Virus record (IMG/VR): IMGVR_UViG_3300016662_000029 | Span: 1 to 27,767 of that record | Length of the DNA: 27,767 bases | Reading direction: 5' to 3' (one strand) | DNA from: a virus | Lineage: Duplodnaviria > Caudoviricetes | In this document: positions 15,106 to 25,132 of the stretch, piece by piece | Layout: each line of letters begins with the position of its first letter | Position numbering within the stretch: position 1 is the first letter of the stretch | The notes under the pieces: model-generated | The model's input: only the letters and a program-made list of their open reading frames with translations | Databases searched by the model: none | Told to the model about the DNA's origin: nothing | Program-made: the position numbers and the translations under genes

Positions 15106-18100
15106 ATGACCACCGAATCCAGAAAGATCCAGCTCGAGACCGAGGTGGACGCCACAGGTGCGCGCAAGGGCTTTGAGGAGATCAAGACCGGCGCGCGCGA
15201 CATGGCCGCCGCCGTTGGCCAGGCCGGGCAGCAGGCTGGCGCTGGCATGGGCGCCGTGGGTTCGGGCGGGGATTCTGCCGCCCAAAAGGTTGATCGCGCC
15301 ACCAAGTCGATCATCGCCAGCATCCAGCGCACCACCGCGACCATGGAGGCTGGTGAGCGTGGGTCGGCCAAGTTCTACGAGGCCCTGGCCAATCAGCGCG
15401 GGGTGAGCGTCGATGCGCTGCGCCCCTACCTGCAGCAGCTAGATGAGGTCACCAAGCGCCAGGAAGCCGCCCGGGCCTCCCTGGGCAATGTAGGCATCTC
15501 GGCCGCTCAGACGGCTGCGGCCATGCGCCAGGTGCCCGCCCAATTCACCGACATCGTGACCAGCCTGCAGGCGGGCCAAGCCCCCATGACCGTGCTCCTC
15601 CAGCAGGGCGGCCAGCTGAAAGACATGTTCGGCGGCGTGGGCGCCGCGGCTCGTGCCATGGGCACGTACATCGCGGGCCTGGTCACGCCGTTTTCTGTCG
15701 CTGCTGCGGCCTTGGCGCTGATCGGTGGCGCAGGTTACTTGGCCTGGAGTCAGAACCGAGGCGAGATGCAGGCGTTCGAAATGGCGCTGATCCGCACCAA
15801 CGGTGTGCTGGGCATCACCTCGACAGAGCTGAGCAACACCGCCAACGTCCTGGCCTCCGGCGGGTTTTCGCGCTCGGCTGCAGCATCTGCCCTGACTGAA
15901 TTGGCGCGCGGCGGCGACGTGGCAAAGGACAGCCTGAAAGACTTCACCCAGGTTGCGCTCGACATGAGCAAGTACGTCGACCAGTCTGTCGGCGACACCG
16001 TGAAGATCTTTGCGAAGCTGGCCGACGAGCCAGTCAAAGCGTCAACTGAGCTCACGAAGCAGATGCACTATCTCTCGGCGGCCCAGCTCGAGCAGATCAA
16101 GTCGCTGGAGGATGCTGGACGCAAGACCGATGCCGCGCGCATTGCGCAGCAGGCATACGCCGATGCAGTGAAACCGACCGTTGACGCCTACAAGGCCAAC
16201 CTTGGCCCCTTGGAAACCGCGCTGGCCTACTGGACCAAGAAGGCCAACCAGATGTGGGACGCGCTGCGCGGTGGCGGTGAGACGGGTGAATCCCGCATCG
16301 CCAAGCTGCGCCAGGAGCTGGCCGACCTTGCCGGCCCCACCCCGCTGAAGAACGCCAGCCTGACCGATGCCATCCTTGGCAGCTTTGATCAGGCCGGTGT
16401 GGTGGCCAGGCTGAAGGCGACCAAAGAGGCCGAGCTCAGCTATCTGCAACAGGTCGAGGCCCAGACTAAGAAGAACACCGAAGCCCAAGGCGCGCGCCAA
16501 CGGGCTGAGGATGCTGCCAACGCGGTCATGGATAGCGTGATCAAGACCCAAGAGAAGGGCTTGAGCAAGCAGGAGCAGATGAACAAGGCCCTGGATCTGT
16601 ACCGTGACCAGATCCAGAAGATCAAGGCCGTCAACCCCGACAGCATGCTGGTCACCGCCGCTGCCGTGGCCCGGGGTGAGTCCGCCATTCGCGAGCAGTA
16701 CAAGACCACCGAAAAGGCCAACACCGAGCTGGAGAAGCAGGCCCGCCTGATCAATGAGATCGGTGGCCTGCGTGGCGACTTCACCGAGCAGTGGAACCGC
16801 CTGAGCGCCATCTACAAGGCTGGCGGCATGAACCTGGAGCAGCTGCAGGCTGCCCAGGCCAAGTTGCTCGCCGATCAGCCCGCCATCAAAGAACAGCAGA
16901 AGCTGTACGACGAGCAACAGAAAGCCATCGCCAAGGCGGCTGCCGCCTACGACCAGATGGTCGATGCCACCCGCAAGAGCGCCGACCAGCTGCGCACCCA
17001 GGCTGATGAACTCGAGGCCTCCAACAGCATGTGGGGCAAAGGCAAGGTAGCCATCGAGCAGTACCGCCTGGCCCTGCTTGAGGCCAAGGCTGCCGAGGTG
17101 GACCAGAATCCCGACAGCTACCGTGCCGACTACATCGCCGCCCTGCAGGAGAAGATCACCCAGCAGCGCCGCATCGTCATCGGCACCCAAACCGCCGAAT
17201 ACAAAACCCTGCTCGACAAGCAGTCCGAATGGCTACGCAGCGCCCAGGAAGAGGCCCAGCTGTACCAGGACGAAATCGGCCTGCTGGGCCTGACCACCCG
17301 CGAGCGCGAAAAGGTGGTTGCCGTGCGCCAGGTGGAGCTAAAGCTCGCCAAGGAAATCGCCGCCATCAACAAGTCTGGTGCGACCTCTGAACAAAAGGCT
17401 GACGCCATTGCTCAGGCCCAAGCTGCCGCCGAAATCGCCAAGCAAACCGCCGCCGCCAAGGCGGACATGAACGCCCTGACCGACATCATCAACTCGGTTG
17501 ATCGCACCGCCCAGCAGGTGTGGACCAACATCTGGCAGGGCGGTAGCGATGTGTTCACGAAGCTGGGCCAGACCATCAAAGCGTCTGTCCTGGATTTGCT
17601 CTACCAGCTGACGATCAAGAAGTGGGTCATCAGCATCACCGCGAATATCCTCGCATCGCTCGGGCTGGGTGATGTTGGATCTCTGGTTTCTGGCGGCAGC
17701 GGCAGCCTCTTATCGTCTGGCGCAAATCTGCTGGGTGTGGGTAGCGCTGCAACAGCCGCAACGACCGCGACAAATGCTGCGACCGCCGCAGCCATCACCG
17801 GTGACGCCGCATCGTCTGCTGCGGCAGCCTCTGCTGCCAGCGCGGCTGGTGCTGGCTCGGGCATTGGGGCGCTGGCTCCATATGCTGGGTACGCTGCAGC
17901 AGCCTACGCGGCCTACAAGCTCCTGAGCAGCCTCAACGGTGGAGAAACCCGCACCGGCGGCCAGTACGCCGTGGCCTATGACGGCAAGGTCGTCAACAAC
18001 CGCCGTGGTGAGACCTATTACTACGACGATCAGTACTTCCAGCGCCCCGGCACCCAGAAGACGAAAGTGACCAATGGCACGGCCTACCGCATCGAAGCGG

Positions 18101-20025
18101 ATGGCATGGGCACGCAAGAAGATGCCGTGCGCACGGCGGTGTCGTCCACCGCCAACAACATCCAGGAGATGCTGAAAGCGCTGGGCTCCAGCATGACCCT
18201 GAATGGCTTCTGGGCGGGTCTGGAGACCTCGGGCAATGGGCGTGGCGGGGTGTTCTCGGGTGGATCTTTCACCAACGGCACCAAGTTCGGCGAATCGGGC
18301 AAGGGCGACAACTACTCGGGCACCCTGTACGAGCTGACCAGCACGCGCAGCCCTGACGCAGCCGCAGCCATGGCCAACTTCACGTTGGACTTGAAGCAAG
18401 TGACCATTGAGGCGCTTCAGGCTGCCACCGACATTCCCCAGGTCATCAAGGACAAGCTGAAGGGTGTTGATGCCGAGGCGCTGACAAATGAGGCTGCCGA
18501 CACGCTCCTGACCTGGATCACCACGCAGATCAACAACGTCAACCAGCTCGCCACGCTGGCCAACAGCCTACCGCTGCAGAACCTCAAGAACTTGTCGTTC
18601 GACGCGGCCTCTGGCCTGATCGAGCTGGCCGGCGGCATTGACACGCTGAGCAGCCAGATCGACGCCTACTACAAGGCCTACTACACCGAGGATGAGCAGC
18701 GGGCCCAGACACTGGCGAACATCAAAAAGGCGCTGGGCACGGTCGGCATCGACAACTTGCCCACGACGCTGGCCGATTACCGCAAGCTGGTGGACAGCCA
18801 AGATCTCAGCACTGAGGCAGGCCGCAAAACCTATGCGATGCTGATCGCCCTGGCCTCGGCGTTTGCCGATGTGACGAAGGCCTCTGACACGGCAGCGGCA
18901 TCGGCCAAGAAGGAGGCCGAAAGCAAGGCCCAGGCAGAAAAAGACGCAGCCGCCGCCAAGGCTGAGGCCGACAAGCAGGCGGCAATCTCTGCAGCCAATG
19001 CCGCCTACTCTGCACTGGAAACAGCCATTTCGGCCCAGAAGACGATACTGCAGGCCCAGGCCCAAGCCGCCCAGGCCACGATCAATACGATCAGCTCGAT
19101 CATGGACACGCTCAAGTCCAACATCGATGAGCTGTACAACTCGGTGGCTACCACCCAGATCCAAAACCAGCGCCAGGCTCTGGAGTTCATCGATCAGGCC
19201 CTGACCACAGCCCAGGCCGGCGGAGTCCTGCCTGATGGCACCAAGCTGAGCGATGCGATCAACGCAGCCCGTACCGGCACATCTGATTCGTCGGGCTATG
19301 CCAGCCTGTTTGAGCAGCAGAAAGCCCAGCTGATCCTGGCGGGCAAGCTGGTCAAACTGCAGGAAATTGCAGGTGTCCAAAAGACAGTGGCTGAGCAGCA
19401 GCTGGATGCGGCCAACAAGCAGATTGACCAGTTGGACAAAACACTGGCGTACTGGAAAGAGCAGACCGCCATCGCCACCGGAACCTGGAAGGCCACGCTC
19501 AGCGTTGTGGACGCCATCAATGCCCTGCGTGACGCCAATGCTGCCGCCACTGCGGCGACCACCAAGAAGCCGGGTGTTGTTGTGACTGGTGCCTCGGATC
19601 AATTCACGGTGGGTGGCGGTGGAAGCGGCACCGGGACTACTGCTGCTGCAGCGCCCAAATCGCTGCGTGAGATCTACCGCGCCGCCTATGGCTGGACGGA
19701 TGACGACTTCAAGAGCTGGTATGCCAACCCGCTCAATACGGCCAACGCCGAAGAAGAAGCCAAGCGCCGTGGCATCCCGGTGATGGCGGTAGGAACCAAC
19801 TACCTGCCCCGCGATGGCTACATCTATGCCCACCAGGGTGAAGCCATTGTGCCCCGGGCATACAACCCCGCCGCCAACGGCGTGCTGCAGGCTGATGGTC
19901 AGACCGCCCGCCTGCTGACATCGCTGATCGAAGAGGTGCGGGCCATGCGGGCCAGCACTGAACGCACCGCCTCGGCCGTCGAGGGCAATCAATCCGTGCC
20001 CCTGCTGGTGGAGATCGCATCGTGA
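15106..20025 (+). CDS. Tail tape measure protein (lambda-family N-terminus), 1639 aa
   Basis: AMRQVPAQFTDIVTSLQAGQAPMTVLLQQGGQLKDMFGG motif, Ala/Gln-rich helical body, C-terminal AVGTNYLPRD..HQGEAIVP motif. Confidence 0.93.
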   Translation: MTTESRKIQLETEVDATGARKGFEEIKTGARDMAAAVGQAGQQAGAGMGAVGSGGDSAAQKVDRATKSIIASIQRTTATMEAGERGSAKFYEALANQRGVSVDALRPYLQQLDEVTKRQEAARASLGNVGISAAQTAAAMRQVPAQFTDIVTSLQAGQAPMTVLLQQGGQLKDMFGGVGAAARAMGTYIAGLVTPFSVAAAALALIGGAGYLAWSQNRGEMQAFEMALIRTNGVLGITSTELSNTANVLASGGFSRSAAASALTELARGGDVAKDSLKDFTQVALDMSKYVDQSVGDTVKIFAKLADEPVKASTELTKQMHYLSAAQLEQIKSLEDAGRKTDAARIAQQAYADAVKPTVDAYKANLGPLETALAYWTKKANQMWDALRGGGETGESRIAKLRQELADLAGPTPLKNASLTDAILGSFDQAGVVARLKATKEAELSYLQQVEAQTKKNTEAQGARQRAEDAANAVMDSVIKTQEKGLSKQEQMNKALDLYRDQIQKIKAVNPDSMLVTAAAVARGESAIREQYKTTEKANTELEKQARLINEIGGLRGDFTEQWNRLSAIYKAGGMNLEQLQAAQAKLLADQPAIKEQQKLYDEQQKAIAKAAAAYDQMVDATRKSADQLRTQADELEASNSMWGKGKVAIEQYRLALLEAKAAEVDQNPDSYRADYIAALQEKITQQRRIVIGTQTAEYKTLLDKQSEWLRSAQEEAQLYQDEIGLLGLTTREREKVVAVRQVELKLAKEIAAINKSGATSEQKADAIAQAQAAAEIAKQTAAAKADMNALTDIINSVDRTAQQVWTNIWQGGSDVFTKLGQTIKASVLDLLYQLTIKKWVISITANILASLGLGDVGSLVSGGSGSLLSSGANLLGVGSAATAATTATNAATAAAITGDAASSAAAASAASAAGAGSGIGALAPYAGYAAAAYAAYKLLSSLNGGETRTGGQYAVAYDGKVVNNRRGETYYYDDQYFQRPGTQKTKVTNGTAYRIEADGMGTQEDAVRTAVSSTANNIQEMLKALGSSMTLNGFWAGLETSGNGRGGVFSGGSFTNGTKFGESGKGDNYSGTLYELTSTRSPDAAAAMANFTLDLKQVTIEALQAATDIPQVIKDKLKGVDAEALTNEAADTLLTWITTQINNVNQLATLANSLPLQNLKNLSFDAASGLIELAGGIDTLSSQIDAYYKAYYTEDEQRAQTLANIKKALGTVGIDNLPTTLADYRKLVDSQDLSTEAGRKTYAMLIALASAFADVTKASDTAAASAKKEAESKAQAEKDAAAAKAEADKQAAISAANAAYSALETAISAQKTILQAQAQAAQATINTISSIMDTLKSNIDELYNSVATTQIQNQRQALEFIDQALTTAQAGGVLPDGTKLSDAINAARTGTSDSSGYASLFEQQKAQLILAGKLVKLQEIAGVQKTVAEQQLDAANKQIDQLDKTLAYWKEQTAIATGTWKATLSVVDAINALRDANAAATAATTKKPGVVVTGASDQFTVGGGGSGTGTTAAAAPKSLREIYRAAYGWTDDDFKSWYANPLNTANAEEEAKRRGIPVMAVGTNYLPRDGYIYAHQGEAIVPRAYNPAANGVLQADGQTARLLTSLIEEVRAMRASTERTASAVEGNQSVPLLVEIAS

Positions 20026-20939
20026 ACATCCTGATCCCGAACACGATCACCGACAGCATGCTGACCAGCTGCACCGTGGCCGAGCCGGCTGCCGGCGAGA
20101 CGGTGTGGACTGGTGGCTCGTACGCCATTGGCGCCCGTGTGATCCGACCTTCCATCCACCGCATCTTTGAATGCGTGGCGGATGTGTCGGGTGCCACCCC
20201 GCCTGAATCTGATGCCACCCACTGGCTCGATGCAGGCCCCACGGCCCGTTGGGCGGCCCTTGACCAGTACGTCAGCACGCAGACCACGGCCACGGGCTCG
20301 CTGAGCTTTGTGTTGCGCCCTGGCTTCTTTGATTCGATTGCGCTGTACGGCCTCACCGGGGTGTCTCTGCATGTGACCCTCAAGGATGCGCCTGGCGGCA
20401 CGGTGGTCTACGACAGCGGCAGCGTGCTGCTCGAAGAGGACCCGCTGGACTGGTGGGACTGGGCTTTCGGTCAGTCGAAACCCCTCACGAAATGGTTTGT
20501 CAAGGACCTGGCCTTGTACGCCGACCCCGAGCTGACGGTCACAGTGACGGCCGCAACCGGCGAAGCCGTGGGAATCGGCATGCTGGTCCTGGGCACGCTC
20601 ACGCCCATGGTGAATGACAGCACCTGGGGCGGCACTGAGCAGGGGGCTGCGGCTGCACCCCAGACCTTCTCGTACATCAAGGTGGATGACTACGGCAACG
20701 TCTCGATCAAGCGCCGCAGGGCTGCCACCGACCTGCAGTTCAAGGTGGTGATGCCCCGCGACCAGGCCGACTACGCCCTGGCCTTGGTTCAGCGGGTGCT
20801 CGATGTGCCCTGCGCCTGGATTGCCACCGATGCCGCTGGCTACGCCGGCCTCAACACATTCGGCCTGGGCTCTGGCTCGATGAGCTACGACAGCTTCGGC
20901 ATTGCCACGTTTTCTGGATCCGTGAAAGGGATGATCTGA
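20022..20939 (+). CDS. Putative distal tail / tail tip protein
   Basis: GTGA overlap with the tape measure gene; beta-rich; FSYIKVDDYGNVSIKRR. Confidence 0.7.
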   Translation: MNILIPNTITDSMLTSCTVAEPAAGETVWTGGSYAIGARVIRPSIHRIFECVADVSGATPPESDATHWLDAGPTARWAALDQYVSTQTTATGSLSFVLRPGFFDSIALYGLTGVSLHVTLKDAPGGTVVYDSGSVLLEEDPLDWWDWAFGQSKPLTKWFVKDLALYADPELTVTVTAATGEAVGIGMLVLGTLTPMVNDSTWGGTEQGAAAAPQTFSYIKVDDYGNVSIKRRRAATDLQFKVVMPRDQADYALALVQRVLDVPCAWIATDAAGYAGLNTFGLGSGSMSYDSFGIATFSGSVKGMI

Positions 20940-21697
20940 TGTCTGCAACCCCTCCGGTCAATCTGACCGACCTGCCCGACACCCCCGACAAGGCGGTCAA
21001 GGGCACCTTCAATGCCCGTGTCGTGGCGCTGTTCGACACGCTCAAAAACATCAGCATTGCCGAATGGCGAGCCATGATGGCCAATGCCTATGCCAATGCG
21101 GTGGAGGCCTGCAACCAGGCCGTGGCCGCCGCTGCATCGGCTGTTGCTGCGGCCCTCAGCGCCTCATCGGCCGCGGGCAGCGCCTCGGCTGCTGCCAACA
21201 CCCTCGCTGCCGCACAGGCCGCCCTGGGGGCTTCCAAGTGGGCCGCGGGCACCAACTACACTGCCGGCGCCTGCGCCTGGTCGCCCACCAATGGCCAGCT
21301 CTACCGGGCCCGGGTGGCGATCACACCCAGCACCACCGACCCGCTGAACGACCCGACCAACTGGTACAGCCTGGGCCTGCAGTCGCTGCCAATCGCGCAG
21401 GTGACCGACACGGGCGGCTCGATGTACGGCGCGGCCAATGGCGGGCTCAACACGATCAATGAGATCACCCACGCCGGCCAGTGCATCAAGCAACTGCCGC
21501 AGAGCCCGGTGAATGGCGATGTGTGCGTGGTGGTCGTGGGAAATGGCCGATCTGACAACCGCATCGCTGTCAACGCCACCAACCCCATCTCGATTGCCGT
21601 GGGCGCCGTGACGGTCAATGACTATGTGGTGCTCGACACCCCGCAACCCGTGACGTTCCGGTATTTCGGCGTCAGCAATCTCTGGAGGGCGATGTAA
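20939..21697 (+). CDS. Putative tail fibre / minor tail protein
   Basis: TGATG coupling; Ala-rich coiled segment, a W..G.NY..DP.NW module and a beta-rich C-terminus. Confidence 0.65.
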   Translation: MSATPPVNLTDLPDTPDKAVKGTFNARVVALFDTLKNISIAEWRAMMANAYANAVEACNQAVAAAASAVAAALSASSAAGSASAAANTLAAAQAALGASKWAAGTNYTAGACAWSPTNGQLYRARVAITPSTTDPLNDPTNWYSLGLQSLPIAQVTDTGGSMYGAANGGLNTINEITHAGQCIKQLPQSPVNGDVCVVVVGNGRSDNRIAVNATNPISIAVGAVTVNDYVVLDTPQPVTFRYFGVSNLWRAM

Positions 21698-22113
21698 TGC
21701 CGGTCAATATGAGCAGCGCCCTGGGTGCTGCAACCCCCTGGGTATCCGGGAGTGCGTACCCGCAGTGGGCCGTAGTGGTCAGCCCTGCAAACGCCCAGCC
21801 CTACATCCGCACCGCGGCCGCTGGATCTGGCACCACTGACCCAAGCGCCGACCCCAGCAACTGGCGACGGTACGGCGAGAACGTCAAAAGCCGGCAACAG
21901 GTGGCCTTCAACGTCGCCAGCGGCACTGGGACGGCGACCATCTCTGCGGTCGACACCTCGAAATGCGAGTTGCGTGTGCTGGGCATGTATCGCCCCTCGT
22001 ATGCCGATGCGGTGACTGGTATTCCGGCCCTGGTCAACAGCACCACGGTGTCGATGACCTTCGGCACGTCCGTCAATGCCAACGTCGCGATCGAAATCGT
22101 GGAGTACCTCTGA
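21697..22113 (+). CDS. Putative minor tail protein
   Basis: TAATG coupling; N-terminal W..G..Y..DP.NW module; C-terminus ..TATISAVDTSK..IEIVEYL. Confidence 0.65.
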   Translation: MPVNMSSALGAATPWVSGSAYPQWAVVVSPANAQPYIRTAAAGSGTTDPSADPSNWRRYGENVKSRQQVAFNVASGTGTATISAVDTSKCELRVLGMYRPSYADAVTGIPALVNSTTVSMTFGTSVNANVAIEIVEYL

Positions 22114-22535
22114 TGCCGTACTACGCACAAATCAACGCTGCCGGCATCGTGACCGGCGTAGCTGACCTGGCCGGGGTAGTGGATGAGCCGCACATGGTGT
22201 CCATCGATGGGATGCGCATCGAGCTGATCGGGCAGCACTGCGACCTGACCGATGGGGTGGCTGTTTTCGCGCCCGTGTCGGTGGTGCCTGCCGTCCCGGT
22301 CTCTGTCTCGATGCGCCAGGCCAAGCGGGCACTGCTCGCTGCAGGCTTGCTCGATCTGGCTGACCAGGCCATCGCCGGCATCTCCGACGACAACGAGCGT
22401 CGAGCCGCGCAGATCGACTGGACCTCGGCCACCGACGTGCGCCGGGATTGGCCCCTGGTGGCCTCCATTGCCCAGGCGCTGGGCCTGACTGATCAACAAA
22501 TTGACGCGCTGTTTGTGGCTGCGTCTCAACTTTGA
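22113..22535 (+). CDS. Tail-associated hypothetical protein (fibre chaperone-like)
   Basis: TGATG coupling with a GGAG RBS. VSMRQAKRALLAAGLL..W..A..VRRDWPLV..LGLTDQQIDALF is a pattern typical of genes following phage fibres. Confidence 0.7.
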   Translation: MPYYAQINAAGIVTGVADLAGVVDEPHMVSIDGMRIELIGQHCDLTDGVAVFAPVSVVPAVPVSVSMRQAKRALLAAGLLDLADQAIAGISDDNERRAAQIDWTSATDVRRDWPLVASIAQALGLTDQQIDALFVAASQL

Positions 22536-22546
22536 GGGGAACCGAC

Positions 22547-25123
22547 ATGGAAGCAGGTGATAAAACGATTTCGATCAAGGACGCAATCACACAAAAGCGT
22601 CTGAAGCTGATGAAGGATGGAACTTACGCGGAGGTGGTTTCAGTCCTATTCACGATGGATCAGAGTGAGCATGAGGCCGAGCATCGAGATCTGGGCACCG
22701 CCAGTTTGCTGCCGACCGCCGACCCTTTCGGCGGCCGTGTGCCGACCGCCGAGGTGTACCGTCGCGGCCAGTCATTCCTATCGGCCCGCATCACCAACCC
22801 GACCGGCCTGGCTTACGCGAACGAGCCCGTGGGCATCCATGTCGAGTTTGAACGCGGCGAGGTGATCAGCCCCGACTACCTCAATGTGCTTGACCAAAAC
22901 GGATCGGCCCTGGCGTTCCAGTGGGAGCCGGCTCTCGACTGGAAGACCGAGGCGGACCTGTCCACCTGGGACTGGCAGCGCGACACGTCCACCCCGACAT
23001 ACTCGTCGGGCACGGTGTTCACCATGGCTGGTGACAAGACGGATCTTTATTTCGTGGGCCGCCGCGTGCAGGCTTCCTGCACTGCAGGCCTGGTGACCGG
23101 TGCTGTGTCGGCTGTTTCCTACGCCACCGGCACCACCACTGTGACCTTGGCAATGGACACCACCGTCGCCTCGACCGGCGTGCCGAATGCCGCCATGGCT
23201 CTCGATTCCGGCTTGCGCTCGGTGTCCGTCGCTGGCTCGCTGCGCGCTGGCACCATCTGGGTGATCTGCCCGTCGCTAGGCGCCACCCAGTCGCTGCTGT
23301 ACCAGATCAAAATCAATGACACGGCTCAGGGCAATGCATTCACGCCGACCCTGACTTACACCGGCAACGCTACCAGCCAATTTGTGCCTGCTGGCAGCGT
23401 TGGGAACATCACCTATTCTTTTGAGTCTGGCCAGGCCTTCATGCTTCGCCGCATGTACGATGGCCGCTACTCTGCCGCTGATTATCTTGCCGGCGTCAAT
23501 GGTGTCTATGTATTCAACACCATCGCTGGTGCGCAGAAGACGAGCTACACCGCTGCCCATGTGGCAAACGTGGTCGCCGGCATCCGCAAAGCGCAGGACT
23601 ACGGCAACGGCGTGGTGTTCCGTGAGTGGCAGACCCAGTTTCAGTGGGTCGATGAGCCCTCGATGTGGACCCGCGTGCGCTATCGCGTGTGGGCCAACAA
23701 CCGTGTCGATGTTGACACCTATTCGTGGACGACCGCAGCTCTGGCCAGCAGCGCCCGCAATTTGGTCACCGTGGCGACCTGCTCCTCGACGGGTGTGACC
23801 AACACCCAAAATGCAACCAGCGCATACGTCGAGAACGCCTACACGTCGCCGACGAAACAGATCCTGCTCTCAGGCATGTTCAACCAAATGCAATCTGAGG
23901 CTGGATCGACGGGCTTCTCGGCCTACTATTCGCAGCCAGGCGTCTGGCAGACCCTGGGCTGGCAGGGCACTGTGGGCCCGGCCCAGTATTCGTATTGGTC
24001 GACCAAATTCCGCATCTCGGCGGCATATGCGTCCGGTGACTCAGCCAACGAATTTTTGCGCCTGCGCAACCCGCTGTACAGCCGGGCGAATCGTGCCGCA
24101 AAGCCCGAGCTGAAGGCTCGTTTCGCACAGCTTGCGTCATCGCTGATTGGTGCCTATGCCGACTGGTATCCCGCGCAGAATGAGAACAACTGGAAGGGGT
24201 GCTTGGCGCTCGCGGTCCTGACCGACGGCTATCTGCATGGCCGCGATCGATACGCTGAGGCCCTGGGCTATTTCAATGCATGGCTCACGGCATACAGCTT
24301 GAGTGGGTCCACGGCTGATTTCTATCGGGTGTGGAATGACAGCTCGATTGGCATTGAATACACGGCTCGGAACATGCAGGTGGCCTTGCATCTCTTCCAG
24401 TCGCCCTATGGCAATGTGGACGACCGAGCTGTCCTTGCGCAGATCATCCACAACTATGCCGATTTCATCGTGCAAGTTGAGGCGGCTTCTGGCGGGGCTG
24501 GCCAAGTGCCGATTCGCCAGAACACGAACGATAACTTCAACGGCGAGTCCGCTGGCATCCGCGCCCTGGCTGAGTCGCTGCTGTTGACGCCTGGCGATGC
24601 AACCCGCACAGCCTGTCTGGGTCGCATCGCCGGGCGCTTCCAGTCTGGCTTTGAGTTCAAAAACTGGCTGGCCTATTCGATGACTGACCCCGGGGTTTTG
24701 AAGAACGGCATCAGCGTCTATTCGGGCCACTATTACGCATTTGCCCTTGCCGAGTATTTTGAGGCGCGACATATCAATCCCGCTGTTGTGCCTGACTTAG
24801 GTGTCACGTTCCGGTCGGCGGCGCTTTGGTTGACAAATGCCCTGGGGCAAATCAATGAGCGTTTTGCAAACAACGATACCGCCCGACGTGGGGTAGCAAA
24901 CTCTGCACTCTATTGGGCTGCGGCTCTGATGCTGGCCCCAACTGTCTACGACTCAGATATGTCAGCTGCGGCTGGAATCTTGGGGCATCTGCAGAGCAAA
25001 TGCGTACCCGGTGCCATGTTCCAGAATCCTGTGGATGGCTGGTCTGCCCCGACGACCGTGTCGCAGGCGGCCATGGATGTGCGCATGCTGTGCTCTGTGG
25101 TTTCGGTGCTCCAGAGCATCTGA
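22547..25123 (+). CDS. Large 858-aa protein; putative virion-associated polysaccharide lyase/glycosidase-like enzyme
   Basis: GAGGGG RBS. ITNPTGLAYANEPV..FERGE..LNVLDQNGSALAFQWE resembles the PcRGLX/YetA-type N-terminal barrel. The middle is beta-rich and the C-terminal roughly 340 aa are aromatic and helical. Confidence 0.55.
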   Translation: MEAGDKTISIKDAITQKRLKLMKDGTYAEVVSVLFTMDQSEHEAEHRDLGTASLLPTADPFGGRVPTAEVYRRGQSFLSARITNPTGLAYANEPVGIHVEFERGEVISPDYLNVLDQNGSALAFQWEPALDWKTEADLSTWDWQRDTSTPTYSSGTVFTMAGDKTDLYFVGRRVQASCTAGLVTGAVSAVSYATGTTTVTLAMDTTVASTGVPNAAMALDSGLRSVSVAGSLRAGTIWVICPSLGATQSLLYQIKINDTAQGNAFTPTLTYTGNATSQFVPAGSVGNITYSFESGQAFMLRRMYDGRYSAADYLAGVNGVYVFNTIAGAQKTSYTAAHVANVVAGIRKAQDYGNGVVFREWQTQFQWVDEPSMWTRVRYRVWANNRVDVDTYSWTTAALASSARNLVTVATCSSTGVTNTQNATSAYVENAYTSPTKQILLSGMFNQMQSEAGSTGFSAYYSQPGVWQTLGWQGTVGPAQYSYWSTKFRISAAYASGDSANEFLRLRNPLYSRANRAAKPELKARFAQLASSLIGAYADWYPAQNENNWKGCLALAVLTDGYLHGRDRYAEALGYFNAWLTAYSLSGSTADFYRVWNDSSIGIEYTARNMQVALHLFQSPYGNVDDRAVLAQIIHNYADFIVQVEAASGGAGQVPIRQNTNDNFNGESAGIRALAESLLLTPGDATRTACLGRIAGRFQSGFEFKNWLAYSMTDPGVLKNGISVYSGHYYAFALAEYFEARHINPAVVPDLGVTFRSAALWLTNALGQINERFANNDTARRGVANSALYWAAALMLAPTVYDSDMSAAAGILGHLQSKCVPGAMFQNPVDGWSAPTTVSQAAMDVRMLCSVVSVLQSI

Positions 25124-25132
25124 AAGGCGTTG

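Noticed and set aside
16042-19992. Long minus-strand ORFs opposite the tape measure gene
   Set aside because: Shadow frames with no independent coding signal.
20022-25123. Diversity-generating retroelement or invertible tail cassette
   Set aside because: No reverse transcriptase, invertase or near-identical TR/VR repeat seen; the repeated modules are too diverged.
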